Assembly (NCBI GenBank): GCA_036149055.1
Contig: JAYZQJ010000078.1
Location: forward strand, 1 to 64,000
Length of the DNA: 64,000 bases
Source: Myxococcota bacterium
Lineage (GTDB): Bacteria; Myxococcota_A; Polyangia; Polyangiales; Sandaracinaceae
Reading direction: 5' to 3'
A program made the position numbers and the translations under genes. Position 1 is the first letter of the stretch; each line of letters begins with the position of its first letter. Below, in pieces: positions 35,945-45,605 of the stretch. Below the pieces are notes generated by a model that was not told the DNA's origin, searched no databases, and saw nothing but the letters and a program-made list of their open reading frames with translations.

Positions 35945-38383
35945 ATGCCCGTGTGGCGGTGGGCCTGGCTGCTCGCGTTCGTGCTGGCGACGGCGCCGGG
36001 GTCCGCGGCGTTGGGGCAGGACGCCCCTGCCGAAGGCGCCGAGGAGGGCGAGCCGGCCCCGCCGACGCGGCCCGCGCTGACGCCGCCCAGCCTGATCGAG
36101 GCGCCGCCCGTCTCGCTCCCGGAGGGCGCCGAGCCGCTCCCCGAGGACGCGGCGGTCGAGCTGCAGATCACGATCGCCCCCGACGGAACCGTGAGCGAGG
36201 CGCAGATCCTCACCCCGGTGCGCGACGACGTCGACGCGCTCGTGCTCGAGGCGGCTCAGGGCATGCGGTTCGAGCCGGCCACCCGCGACGGAGAGCCGAT
36301 CCCGGCGCGGGTTCGCTTCCGCTACCGCATCACCCCGCCCCCGCCGCCGCCCGCGCCCGAGGAGCCGCTCGAGAGCGCGGCCGAGGCGATGGAGGCGGAG
36401 GCGCCGCTCGGCGGCGAGCCCACCGGGCTGGACGTCTCGGAGATGGAGACCGACGTCGAGGAGCTCGGGGTGACCGCGGTGACCGAGCGGCCCGAGCCAG
36501 GCGCCGCCGAGCGCATCACCCTGTCGGCGGAGGAGCTGACCACGGTGCCCGGCACCTTCGGCGAGCCGCTGCGGGTGGTGGCCACCCTCCCCGGCGTCGC
36601 GCGGAGCCCCTTCGGGCTCGGCTTCTTCCTCGTCCGCGGCGCGGCGTTCAACAACACCGGCTTCTTCGTCGACGGCTTCCCGGTGCCGCTCCTCTACCAC
36701 CTCGGCGCGGGCCCGGCGGTGATCTCGAGCCGGCTCGTCTCGGAGCTCAACTTCTACCCCGGCGGCTACCCGGCGATGTTCGGGCGGTTCAGCGCGGGCG
36801 TGATCGCGGTGGAGACCGAGGCGCCCGAGGTGCGGAGCCCGCGCGGGGAGCTCGAGATCGACATCTTCCGGGCGAGCCTGCTCGCGGTGATCCCCTTCGA
36901 CGAGAACCGGGGCTCGATCGCGGTCGCCTTCCGCCGCAGCTACTACGATCTGCTGCTGCCGCTCGTCGTCGACGGGCTCGACATCAACTACACCGACTAC
37001 CAGGTCCGCACGAGCTACCGGGTCGACTCCCGCATGGAGCTGAGCCTCTTCGTCTTCGGCTCGGACGACGTGCTCGACCAGAGCGGCAGCTTCGGCGGCG
37101 GCATGGCGAGCGAGGGCGTGCAGACGCGCCTCGGCTACGACTTCCAGCGCATCATCGGCCGCATCGACCTGCGCCTCCCCGAGCGGGTCCGGGTCCGCCT
37201 CAGCGGCATGCTCGGCCGGGACGGCAACACCTTCACCAACGCGTCGCCCGGCACCGACGGGCTTCGCTTCGCGCTTCAGAACAGCTACGCGGCGTTCCGG
37301 CTCGACGCGCAGATCCCCTGGATCGACGAGCTCGAGACGCGCGTCGGCTTCGACATCAACGCCACCCTCTTCGACGTCGAGGCGTCGGCGTTCACGCCCA
37401 TCGGGCTCGGCCAGTACCCGACGCCGCTGTTCACGCCGCAGGCCACCCCGGTGGACCTGACGGTCGTGCGCGCGCTCGCCGCCTTCTACATCGACCAGAT
37501 CATCCGCCTCGGCCCGGTCGAGATCAGCGCGGCCGGCCGCTTCGACTACATGCGCTACGGCACCGTCTCGGAGGTCTTCCCCGACCCGCGCCTCGTGGTG
37601 CGCTGGCAGGTGGTTCCCGAGCTGAAGCTGAAGGCCGCGACCGGGCTCTTCACCCAGCCGCCGAGCGTCTTCCAGATCACGCGACAGACCGGGAGCACGG
37701 ATCTCGCGCCCAACCGCGCGTGGCAGAGCTCGGCCGGCCTCGAGCTGATGCTGCCCGAGCGCATCGAGGTGCACACGACCGGCTTCTACAGCCAGATGTT
37801 CGACATCTCGCGGCAGGTGAATCGGGTCATCGACACCCCGGAGGGCCCGCGCCGCCAGTTCTTCGTCGCCGACGGCGAGGGCCGCTCCTACGGCCTGGAG
37901 CTGCTGGTCCGACGCAAGGTGGATCGCGGGCTCTATGGCTGGCTGAGCTACACCCTGAGCCGGAGCGAGCGGCGGACCGGCGCCGGCACCTGGGAGCCCT
38001 TCGTCTTCGACCAGACGCACATCCTCAACTTCGCGCTCAGCTACAGCGTGGACGGCTGGCGCTTCGGCGCGGCCTTCCAGCTCGCGACCGGTCGGCCGAG
38101 CGACACCCTGGTCGGCACCATCTACGACGCCGACGAGGACGAGTTCGATCCGTCGTTCCGCACGCTCGGCGGCCGGCTCGACACCTTCACGCGGCTGGAT
38201 CTCCGCATCGACCGCGACTTCGAGGTCGGCCCCATCCGCGGCTCCGTCTACCTCGACGTCCAGAACGTCTACAACGCGACCAACAACGAGGGCGTGCTCT
38301 ACCAGCACGACTACCTGCGCACCGCCAACCTCCCCGGCCTGCCGATCATCCCGGCGATCGGGGTGAGGGGGATCATCGAATGA
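35945..38383 (+). CDS. TonB-dependent receptor with an N-terminal TonB C-terminal-like domain (myxobacterial type)
   Basis: Signal peptide; ITIAPDGTV...FEPATRDGEPIP (TonB-C); plug VPGTFGEPLRVVATLPGV, FYPGGYPAMFGR; barrel end LDVQNVYN...PAIGVRG. Confidence 0.9.
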   Translation: MPVWRWAWLLAFVLATAPGSAALGQDAPAEGAEEGEPAPPTRPALTPPSLIEAPPVSLPEGAEPLPEDAAVELQITIAPDGTVSEAQILTPVRDDVDALVLEAAQGMRFEPATRDGEPIPARVRFRYRITPPPPPPAPEEPLESAAEAMEAEAPLGGEPTGLDVSEMETDVEELGVTAVTERPEPGAAERITLSAEELTTVPGTFGEPLRVVATLPGVARSPFGLGFFLVRGAAFNNTGFFVDGFPVPLLYHLGAGPAVISSRLVSELNFYPGGYPAMFGRFSAGVIAVETEAPEVRSPRGELEIDIFRASLLAVIPFDENRGSIAVAFRRSYYDLLLPLVVDGLDINYTDYQVRTSYRVDSRMELSLFVFGSDDVLDQSGSFGGGMASEGVQTRLGYDFQRIIGRIDLRLPERVRVRLSGMLGRDGNTFTNASPGTDGLRFALQNSYAAFRLDAQIPWIDELETRVGFDINATLFDVEASAFTPIGLGQYPTPLFTPQATPVDLTVVRALAAFYIDQIIRLGPVEISAAGRFDYMRYGTVSEVFPDPRLVVRWQVVPELKLKAATGLFTQPPSVFQITRQTGSTDLAPNRAWQSSAGLELMLPERIEVHTTGFYSQMFDISRQVNRVIDTPEGPRRQFFVADGEGRSYGLELLVRRKVDRGLYGWLSYTLSRSERRTGAGTWEPFVFDQTHILNFALSYSVDGWRFGAAFQLATGRPSDTLVGTIYDADEDEFDPSFRTLGGRLDTFTRLDLRIDRDFEVGPIRGSVYLDVQNVYNATNNEGVLYQHDYLRTANLPGLPIIPAIGVRGIIE

Positions 38384-39351
38384 GGCGCCTCCTCCCCGTG
38401 CTCTGCCTGCTGCTGTCGACCGGGTGCCTCGACATCGACTTCGACTCGCCGCACCTCATCCAGTACGAGCGCATCATCGGCCTCCGCGCCGAGCCGCCCG
38501 AGGCGCAGTTCGGCGAGGACGTGGTCTTCACCGCGCTGGTGGTCGACGAGACCGGCGCCAACCTGGCGATGGAGCCCGACGTCGAGCTGCGGTGGTCGGT
38601 CTGCGTGAGCCTGGCCGCCATCGTGCGCGGCGCGGGGCTCGGCGCCGGGAGCGACCTCGAGGACGACTGCCGCGAGGGCGGCGACGACCTCGTCCGGTTG
38701 AGCGCCGAGGGCCTGCCCCCCGACTCGGCCCGGCTGCCCGGCGCGGCGGTGGTCGCGGTCATCGCCGAGCTCATGGCCCCCGGCGGCGGCGGCGGCCTGC
38801 CCTCGATCCCCGGCCTCGATCCGGGCAGCGCGCGGTCGCTGCTGACGGTGATCGCCGAGGTCGGCGTGCCGCTCAGCGTGCGCCTCGAGGTCTACCGGCA
38901 GGGCGAGCTGATCCAGACCGGCTTCAAGCGCTTCGCGATCGTGATGCGCGAGGACCCGACCACGAACCCGCCGCCGCCGCGCTTCGCGCTCGACGGCGCC
39001 TTCGTGAGCGCGCGGGGCGAAGGCGACCCCACCCGGTGCGTCCCCGAGGAGGGCCCGATCGTGCTCGACGCCGGCGCCGAGATCGCGCTCGACCCCGACG
39101 ACGACGAGGAGGCCTGGCTCGAGACCTACCCCGTCTTCAACTTCGACGGCGAGGTGCAGGAGAACGAGGAGAGCGCCTACTACTCCTGGTTCGTCACCGC
39201 CGGCTCCATGGCCGACGACATCACCCAGCGCCCCGAGGACGACACCGCCTGGACGACCCCCGAGGAGCCCGGCACCTACCCGCTCTGGCTCGTCGTGCGC
39301 GACGGCCACCTCGGGATGTCGTGGTGCCAGGTCGACGTGGAGGTGCGCTAG
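38380..39351 (+). CDS. Lipoprotein partner of the TonB-dependent receptor
   Basis: ATGA coupling; lipobox STGC; LRAEPPE; YSWFVTAG; LWLVVRDGHLG. Confidence 0.8.
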   Translation: MRRLLPVLCLLLSTGCLDIDFDSPHLIQYERIIGLRAEPPEAQFGEDVVFTALVVDETGANLAMEPDVELRWSVCVSLAAIVRGAGLGAGSDLEDDCREGGDDLVRLSAEGLPPDSARLPGAAVVAVIAELMAPGGGGGLPSIPGLDPGSARSLLTVIAEVGVPLSVRLEVYRQGELIQTGFKRFAIVMREDPTTNPPPPRFALDGAFVSARGEGDPTRCVPEEGPIVLDAGAEIALDPDDDEEAWLETYPVFNFDGEVQENEESAYYSWFVTAGSMADDITQRPEDDTAWTTPEEPGTYPLWLVVRDGHLGMSWCQVDVEVR

Positions 39352-40229
39352 GCGTTCGGGCCGAAGCTCGTGATGATGTAGCCGCCGCTGCGCTCGTCCT
39401 TGCTCAGCTCGAGAAGGCCCTTCTTCTCGGCGTCCTCGAGCATCTCGCTGAAGGTGCGGTAGCCGTGGAAGCGCTCGGAGAAGTTCGGGCGCTTGCGCTT
39501 GAGGGTCTGCTTGACCATCGAGCCCCAGAGGTGGCTGTCGCGGTCCTGGAAGAGCGCCTCGACGGTGTCGAGGATGTGGTCGAGCCCCTCCTGCTGGCGC
39601 TCCTGCTCCTCCTCCTTCGACAGCTCCTTGTCCTTCGGGCTGGCGTCGGACTGGGTGACGGCGGGCTTGTCGTCCTTCTTGGGCGCCGGCCGGTCGTTGT
39701 TGCTCGACTTCTTGCGCGGCTTCTTGGCGTGCCGCTTGTGGCCGCGCTTCGCCCGCACGAGGTCGTCGTAGTAGATGAACTCGTCGCAGTTCTCGATCAG
39801 TAGATCGCTGCTCGAGTTCTTCACCCCGAGCCCGATGACGATCTTGTCGTTCTCGCGCAGCTTGCTGACGAGCGGCGAGAAGTCGCTGTCGCCGGAGATG
39901 ATGACGAAGACGTCGATGTGCCGCTTCGTGTAGCAGAGGTCGAGCGCGTCCACGACGAGGCGGATGTCGGCGCTGTTCTTCCCCGAGTAGCTGACGTGCG
40001 GGATCTCGATCATCTCGAAGCCCGCCTCGTGCATCGCCCGCTTGCTGCTCTTGTAGCGGTCCCAGTCCGAGTAGGCCTTCTTGACGACGATCTTGCCCTT
40101 GTCGAGCAGCCGCTCGAGCACGAGCTCGATGTCGAAGTCCTTGTAGTTCGCGTCCCGCACGCCGATGGCCACGTTCTCGAAGTCGGCGAAGATGGCCAGG
40201 TTGGGCGCGGAGTCGTAGTTGTCGCTCAA
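39348..40229 (-). CDS. NYN (LabA/DUF88) ribonuclease-domain protein with a C-terminal OST-HTH/LOTUS domain
   Basis: FADFEN; GKNSADIRLVVD; SGDSDFSPL; CDEFIYY; KPNFSERFHGYRTFS-like LOTUS. TTG 40229 after GGAGA. Confidence 0.92.
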   Translation of the reverse strand: MSDNYDSAPNLAIFADFENVAIGVRDANYKDFDIELVLERLLDKGKIVVKKAYSDWDRYKSSKRAMHEAGFEMIEIPHVSYSGKNSADIRLVVDALDLCYTKRHIDVFVIISGDSDFSPLVSKLRENDKIVIGLGVKNSSSDLLIENCDEFIYYDDLVRAKRGHKRHAKKPRKKSSNNDRPAPKKDDKPAVTQSDASPKDKELSKEEEQERQQEGLDHILDTVEALFQDRDSHLWGSMVKQTLKRKRPNFSERFHGYRTFSEMLEDAEKKGLLELSKDERSGGYIITSFGPNA

Positions 40230-40289
40230 AGCGCGTTCTCCAATGGAAGAGTTCGAAGTCAGGTAGGTCGCCGCCACGCGACCGTCAAA

Positions 40290-41012
40290 TCAGGCCCCGA
40301 GGAGCTGGACGATCTCGGCCGGGCTGACCTCGTCGCCGCACGGCAGCCAGGTCTGGGTGTGGGGCACGGCCTCGTTCAGCCGCTGGCGCTCGGCGAGGGG
40401 CATGCGCCAGACCACCACCCGCACGCCCGAGGTGCCCTCGGCGAGCACCGCGACGGTGCGGTCGACGGGGATCGAGGGGCTCCGCGCGTCGAGCACGACC
40501 GCGCTCGCCGGCTGCTCGCCCCGCGAGAGCGCCCCCTTGAGCACCGCCATGCTGGTGACCGCGATCACCTCGGTGCCCTGCGGCGCGGCCGCCATCGCCA
40601 TCTCCACCATCGTCCGGTCCACGGTGACCAGGATCCAGAGCGCCTCCTGCGCGCCCGGATCGGTGCCGCCCTTTCGCAGCCCCCACGCGGGCGTCGCGCG
40701 GGTGTGGATGGCGCCGCTGATCAGGTCCTCGTAGGCCTGCCGGGCGGAGGCGTCGTCGGCCGGCGGCCGGGCGGTGATCGGCTGGGTCCGCCCCGGGATC
40801 TCCTCGAGGATGGCGTCGACGATCTCGTCGGCGGTGCTCGGGTGCACCCGGCCCACCAGCGCGTGGCCGAGCGGCCCCCGCACGAAGGCGGCGAGCGAGT
40901 CCGGCTGCTCGGGCAGCGCCGACAGGCCCGCGCCCTCCAGCGCCTCGGCGAGCGCCCCCAGGGTCCCGGTCTGCTCGAGCACCCGCTTCACCCGCTGCTC
41001 CGGCTCGCTCAT
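40290..41012 (-). CDS. Hypothetical protein with a possible degenerate receiver-like C-terminal domain
   Basis: ATG 41012; good codon bias; WILVTVD...AVVLDARSP...VVVW beta/alpha pattern. Confidence 0.6.
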   Translation of the reverse strand: MSEPEQRVKRVLEQTGTLGALAEALEGAGLSALPEQPDSLAAFVRGPLGHALVGRVHPSTADEIVDAILEEIPGRTQPITARPPADDASARQAYEDLISGAIHTRATPAWGLRKGGTDPGAQEALWILVTVDRTMVEMAMAAAPQGTEVIAVTSMAVLKGALSRGEQPASAVVLDARSPSIPVDRTVAVLAEGTSGVRVVVWRMPLAERQRLNEAVPHTQTWLPCGDEVSPAEIVQLLGA

Positions 41013-41069
41013 CGCCGGCCGAGCATAAGTCGAAGGCCCCGCGCTCTCCAAGGTGGCAGACTCCGCGCG

Positions 41070-42206
41070 ATGAGCGCCCCCCATGACCTCTTCGCCGCCT
41101 GCGCCCCCGGTCTCGAGCCCCTCCTCGAGGCCGAGCTGTCGTCGCTCGGCACCCTGTCCCCCAAGGCCGTGCCCGGCGGGGTCGTCTTCGGCGGGCACCG
41201 ACGCGTGCTCTACCGGGTGAACCTCGAGAGCGGGCTCGCGAGCCACGTGCGCGTGCGGGTCGGCCGCTTCCTCGCGCGCTCCTTCGAGGAGCTGGAGCGC
41301 GAGGCGGCCCAGATCCCCTGGGAGCGCTACCTGAGCCCCGGGGTGCCCCGCCGCTTCCGGGTCACCGCTCGCAAGAGCCGGCTCCATCACACCGACGCGC
41401 TCGCCGAGCGCCTCTCGAAGATCATCGCGATCCGCCTCGGCGATCACCTCGCGGTGCCCGATCCGGGCGGCGTTCGGGTGCACCTCCGGATCGAGCGCGA
41501 TCGCGCGGGCTGCTCGATCGACAGCTCCGGGGAGCCCCTCCACCGCCGCGGCTGGCGGACCCACGTGGGCCCGGCGCCGCTCCGCGAGGACCTCGCGCGG
41601 GCCCTGATCGTGGCCAGCGGCTGGGAGCCGGGCCAGGCGCTCTGGGATCCGCTCTGCGGCAGCGGCACGATCGCGATCGAGGCGGCGACGATGGCGCGCG
41701 GCATGGCGCCGGGCCGCATGCGGGGCTTCGACTTCGAGCGCACCCCGCTCCTGCACGCGCCGACCTGGGACGCGGTGAAGGCCGAGGCCCGGGATCGCGT
41801 CGGCGAGAGCGCGTCGAGCTTCGGCGCCAGCGACCGCGACGAGGCGGTGCTGCAGGCGGCCCGCGCCAACGCGGAGCGCGCCGGGGTCGAGATCGCGTTC
41901 GAGCGCTCCAGCGTCACCCAGGCCGTCCGCCCCGAGGGCCCGCGCGGCGCGCTGGTCACCAACCCGCCCTACGGGCATCGCCTCGGCGAGGGCGAGGACC
42001 TGCGCCCGCTCTACGACGCGCTCGGCCGGCGGGCCGAGGAGCTGCCGCCCGGGTGGAGCGCCGCGCTCTACGCGACCGATCGCAAGCTCGGGCACCGCGT
42101 GGGGCCCGGGCTCACGACCGCCTTCGTCGCCGACGCGGGCGGCCTCAAGGTGCGGGCCCTGGTCAGAAGCCCTGCTGAGAGCCGACCAGCAGACGCACCG
42201 AGCTGA
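41070..42206 (+). CDS. THUMP-domain class I SAM-dependent RNA methyltransferase (RlmL-like)
   Basis: CAPGLEPLL; DSSGEPLHRRGWR; APLREDLA; DPLCGSGTIAIEA; TNPPYG. Confidence 0.9.
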   Translation: MSAPHDLFAACAPGLEPLLEAELSSLGTLSPKAVPGGVVFGGHRRVLYRVNLESGLASHVRVRVGRFLARSFEELEREAAQIPWERYLSPGVPRRFRVTARKSRLHHTDALAERLSKIIAIRLGDHLAVPDPGGVRVHLRIERDRAGCSIDSSGEPLHRRGWRTHVGPAPLREDLARALIVASGWEPGQALWDPLCGSGTIAIEAATMARGMAPGRMRGFDFERTPLLHAPTWDAVKAEARDRVGESASSFGASDRDEAVLQAARANAERAGVEIAFERSSVTQAVRPEGPRGALVTNPPYGHRLGEGEDLRPLYDALGRRAEELPPGWSAALYATDRKLGHRVGPGLTTAFVADAGGLKVRALVRSPAESRPADAPS

Positions 42207-43767
42207 CCTGCGCGCCCTGGTCGAAGGGCTCCGATCCGAAGGCGAGCAGGATGTTGAACGACTGGTCGCGATCCCCGATCGAGCGGAGGCCGAAGCCGAA
42301 GCTCATCCGGAGTCGCTCGACGTGGAAGTTCGACAGGCGCTCCTCGAAGACGTTGCCCACCGAGAAGTGCAGCGAGCCGTCCAGCCAGACCCAGACCGGG
42401 TAGCGGTACTCGAGGGTCGCCACGAGCGCGCTCCGGTCGACGAGCTGGTTCTGGATGAAGCCGCTCATGATCATCGGATCGCCGCCGAGGTTGACCTGCT
42501 CGAGCCACGGGACCGGCGCCGTGCCGAGCGGGTCGGCGAAGCGGGCGAGGCCGTAGAGCCCGAAGATCCGGTTGGCGCCGACGTCGAGGAAGCCGCCGAT
42601 GGCGCCGCCGTACTGGATCCAGCGGTTCTCCACCGGTTCGTTCAGGTCGAAGCCGAGCCCCGTGTAGGCCTCGACGCGCACCCCGTGGCCCGCCGCCGGG
42701 CGCGGCTCGCGGGTGTCGATGACCACGTCGAGGCGCTGACGGTAGGCGGTGTAGCCCTCGAACCCGGGCGGCAGCTCGTACCAGCCCTGATCGTCGACCG
42801 CCTGCTGGAGGGTCGGGTCGCCGCGTCGGCCCCAGTTGTAGCCGTCGGGCGCGAACTGGTTCCAGATCACGCCGGCCCGGAACCGGACCTCGCTCTCGCG
42901 CCAGGGCATGAAGCGGAAGTCGAGCCGCCCCTCGAGGTAGTCGCGGCGGTACCGCGAGCGCTGCGAGCGCTCCGAGTCGTAGCCGGTGCCCTGGTAGACG
43001 AAGTCCGGGCGGTGGAGCGCGTCGAAGGTCAGGCCGAGCTCGGTCTCCTCGCTGAGCCGGAGCCGGTCGCTGATGGTGCCGCGCAGCCAGTCGATCCCGC
43101 CGAACGCGGCCGACACGCGGAAGAAGTTGCCCTCGAGGACGTCCGGCGCGTTGTGCCAGAAGAAGAGCCCGACGCTCGGCTGGAAGCCGAAGTCGAAGAA
43201 GGCGGTCGGCACCAGGCCGGCGCGTCGCTCCTCGAAGGTGAAGAAGTCGATGAGCAGCGCGGTCCAGTTCTCGCGCTCCGCGGTGGTCAGGAACCACCCG
43301 AGCGGCTGACGGATCACGTACTCGAAGACCAGGTGGATCGGGAAGAAGAGGATGCGGGGGACCCAGAGCAGGACCTCGCCCGCGTCCGGCCCCGGCTCGG
43401 CGCGCCCGTCGTAGTCGGGGAGCTCGCGGCGCGCGATGGTGGGCTCGGTCGGCTCGTCGCCCTCCTCCGCTTCGCCCTCCTCCGCTTCGTCCTCGGCCTC
43501 GTCGTCCTCGTCGTCAGCGGCCTCGTCGTCTCCGGTCCGGAGCTCGGCCTGGTCCTCGTCGACCTCGACCGGCGCCTCCTCGACCGGGATCGGCTCCTCG
43601 GGGTCCGGGTCGCCGTCGGCGCCCGAGTCCTCGACCGTCTCGACCGGGAGCGGGATCTCGCCGCCGTCGTCGGCGTCCTGCGCGGCCGCGGAAGTGCTGA
43701 TGGCGAAGAGCGCCGTGCTCGCGGCCAGGAGGGCTGCGAGACGGAGGTTGAAGAGCGCGGGCTTCAT
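42163..43767 (-). CDS. Omp85 (BamA/TamA)-like outer-membrane beta-barrel without recognisable POTRA domains
   Basis: Signal peptide; acidic linker; amphipathic strands; LGG...SGF..NQLVDRSALVATLEYRYP resembling the loop-6 region; SFGFGLR; C-terminal Phe. Confidence 0.7.
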   Translation of the reverse strand: MKPALFNLRLAALLAASTALFAISTSAAAQDADDGGEIPLPVETVEDSGADGDPDPEEPIPVEEAPVEVDEDQAELRTGDDEAADDEDDEAEDEAEEGEAEEGDEPTEPTIARRELPDYDGRAEPGPDAGEVLLWVPRILFFPIHLVFEYVIRQPLGWFLTTAERENWTALLIDFFTFEERRAGLVPTAFFDFGFQPSVGLFFWHNAPDVLEGNFFRVSAAFGGIDWLRGTISDRLRLSEETELGLTFDALHRPDFVYQGTGYDSERSQRSRYRRDYLEGRLDFRFMPWRESEVRFRAGVIWNQFAPDGYNWGRRGDPTLQQAVDDQGWYELPPGFEGYTAYRQRLDVVIDTREPRPAAGHGVRVEAYTGLGFDLNEPVENRWIQYGGAIGGFLDVGANRIFGLYGLARFADPLGTAPVPWLEQVNLGGDPMIMSGFIQNQLVDRSALVATLEYRYPVWVWLDGSLHFSVGNVFEERLSNFHVERLRMSFGFGLRSIGDRDQSFNILLAFGSEPFDQGAQVSSVRLLVGSQQGF

Positions 43768-45470
43768 CGTCCGGGCGCCTCCACGCTGGAGGGCCGCTCG
43801 AGCCCGACGAGCTGGATGTCACCGGGCCCCTTGGCGTACAGGTGGACCCGCGCCGGCAGGGTGGTCTCGCGTCCCGGGGTCTGGGCGATCACGTCCACCA
43901 CGACGTAGGTCGGGTCGGCCGCGCTCGCCGCCACGTCGGGCAACGCCGCGCACACGTAGTGCTCGGCGGAGCGCGTCAGGCCGGGGCTCTCGACCGGCTC
44001 GAGGGCGTCCCCCGCCCACGCCCGCGCCGAGTAGCGCCGGGTCGCGCGGTCACGGATTCCGCTCCATGTGGCCAGGTCCTGCATACAGAGCTCGCTGCCG
44101 CCCTCCTCTCGGGGACGTACATAGGGCCACGTCAACGGTGACAAGCGCGTCAGGTAGCGCTCGAGGATCCGGTCACGGCGCCCCGCGAGGATGCGCGCCA
44201 GCTCCTGCTCGACCACCGGATCGTGAAAACGTCCCTGCGCCGCGAGCGCCGCCAGGTGAGGGTCTCGGAAGCGCGCGATGATGCGCGCCATCCAGGCCGC
44301 GTCGCGCTCGGTGTGGCGGTCGAACGAGGGGTTGGGGTAGCCCGGGCGCCAGGCGTCGGGCTCGAACCGGAAGACGTCGTAGTAGCCGAGCGTGCGGCCG
44401 GCCGGGCCCTCCTGGGCGACGAACCAGGGGCGCGCCGCGAGGTCGAGGGTCAGCCAGTCGGTGACCACGTGCTCGAAGTCGAGGTAGCCCGAGTGTCCGA
44501 AGCGGCGGACGAGGTACTCCCACTCGTGCACGATGCCGAAGCAGTCGCCGAAGTCGATCATGTAGTGGCGCACGTAGCCGTCGTCGGCGCCGTCTTCGGT
44601 CATCCACGCGGCGAGCGTGTTCTCCTGCCGCGAGTCGATGTGGTCGGTCCACGCGGCGAGCACGACCATGCCCCGGGTCTCGCGGCGGTGCTGGTGCGGG
44701 ACGACGTCGTTCGGGTCGTCGGACCGGACGCCCTCGTAGCGCCAGGGGCTGATCGGCCGGCCCTCGATGAAGCGGCTGACGCTCGCCCGGTAGCGCCCGT
44801 CCGGGAGCTGGAGCGCCGCCTCCATCACCGCGTCGATGTGATGCTGCTCGAGCGGCTCCTCGACCCCGTTCGTGCGCTCGATGGTGGCCTCGGGATCGAC
44901 GACGAGGATGTCGCGGTCGAAGTGCACGACGCGGTTGCAGGGCGTCCAGTAGCCGGCCGCGTGGTAGATGGCCGCGCCGATCGTGTCGGCGGCCCCCGGG
45001 CGCCACGGCTGCCGGGTGCCTTCGGTCTTGAGCAGGTAGCGCTGCCCGTTCGCGTCGCGGATCTGGAAGCCCGGGTTGGCGCCGTCGGGCTTGCCGCCGA
45101 CGATGGTCCACGGCCCCGGGATGTCGAAGCGCTCGCCGCACGCCCCCTGGGCGACCTGCTCGGGGCTCATCAGCCGCCGGCTCAGCCGGTTCTGGAACCA
45201 GCTCGAGTCGGGGACCTCGTCGACCGAGTTGACGTTCACCGCCTCGCGCGAGGGCTCGAAGAGCCAGAACTCGCTCACCGGACGGAAGAAGGTGTTGTCC
45301 GCCCCGTCCCACATGTAGGGGGAGTAGAAGGACTCCGGCATCGGCCGGAAGCGGCGCTGATCGGCGTCCTCCCACATCACCTCGGCGAGCGGGTACCGGC
45401 GCAGGCCGGTGGTGGCGCAGCCGGAGAGCGCGGCGATCAGCAGAGCGAGCAGGGGGGCGGGTCGGGTCAC
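43764..45470 (-). CDS. Uncharacterised lipoprotein with atypical protein-kinase-like (HipA/PI3K-like) motifs
   Basis: GTG 45470; lipobox LSGC; GGKPDGANPGF...RYLLK; DHIDSRQEN; YMIDFGDCFG. The gene itself is well supported; the function is inferred. Confidence 0.7.
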   Translation of the reverse strand: MTRPAPLLALLIAALSGCATTGLRRYPLAEVMWEDADQRRFRPMPESFYSPYMWDGADNTFFRPVSEFWLFEPSREAVNVNSVDEVPDSSWFQNRLSRRLMSPEQVAQGACGERFDIPGPWTIVGGKPDGANPGFQIRDANGQRYLLKTEGTRQPWRPGAADTIGAAIYHAAGYWTPCNRVVHFDRDILVVDPEATIERTNGVEEPLEQHHIDAVMEAALQLPDGRYRASVSRFIEGRPISPWRYEGVRSDDPNDVVPHQHRRETRGMVVLAAWTDHIDSRQENTLAAWMTEDGADDGYVRHYMIDFGDCFGIVHEWEYLVRRFGHSGYLDFEHVVTDWLTLDLAARPWFVAQEGPAGRTLGYYDVFRFEPDAWRPGYPNPSFDRHTERDAAWMARIIARFRDPHLAALAAQGRFHDPVVEQELARILAGRRDRILERYLTRLSPLTWPYVRPREEGGSELCMQDLATWSGIRDRATRRYSARAWAGDALEPVESPGLTRSAEHYVCAALPDVAASAADPTYVVVDVIAQTPGRETTLPARVHLYAKGPGDIQLVGLERPSSVEAPGR

Positions 45471-45605
45471 GAGATGGCTCCACCTAGCTCCAAACGGGCG
45501 CCGGAGCACGCGGGCGGCGGCGATGGTGAAACATCTCCGGCTCTGCGGTAAAGAGACGCCAGGATCCGGGGGACAAGCATCCGGGGGGGCAAGCGAGGTG
45601 ACGAG

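Noticed and set aside
39348..40229. NYN-domain and Uma2 genes as an anti-phage defence system
   Set aside because: Both families are common stand-alone genes, lie 10 kb apart, have host-like codon usage and have no defence-gene neighbours.
42163..42206. Convergent 3' overlaps (also 49194-49214 and 58424-58445)
   Set aside because: Short tail-to-tail overlaps are routine in GC-rich genomes where stop codons are scarce.
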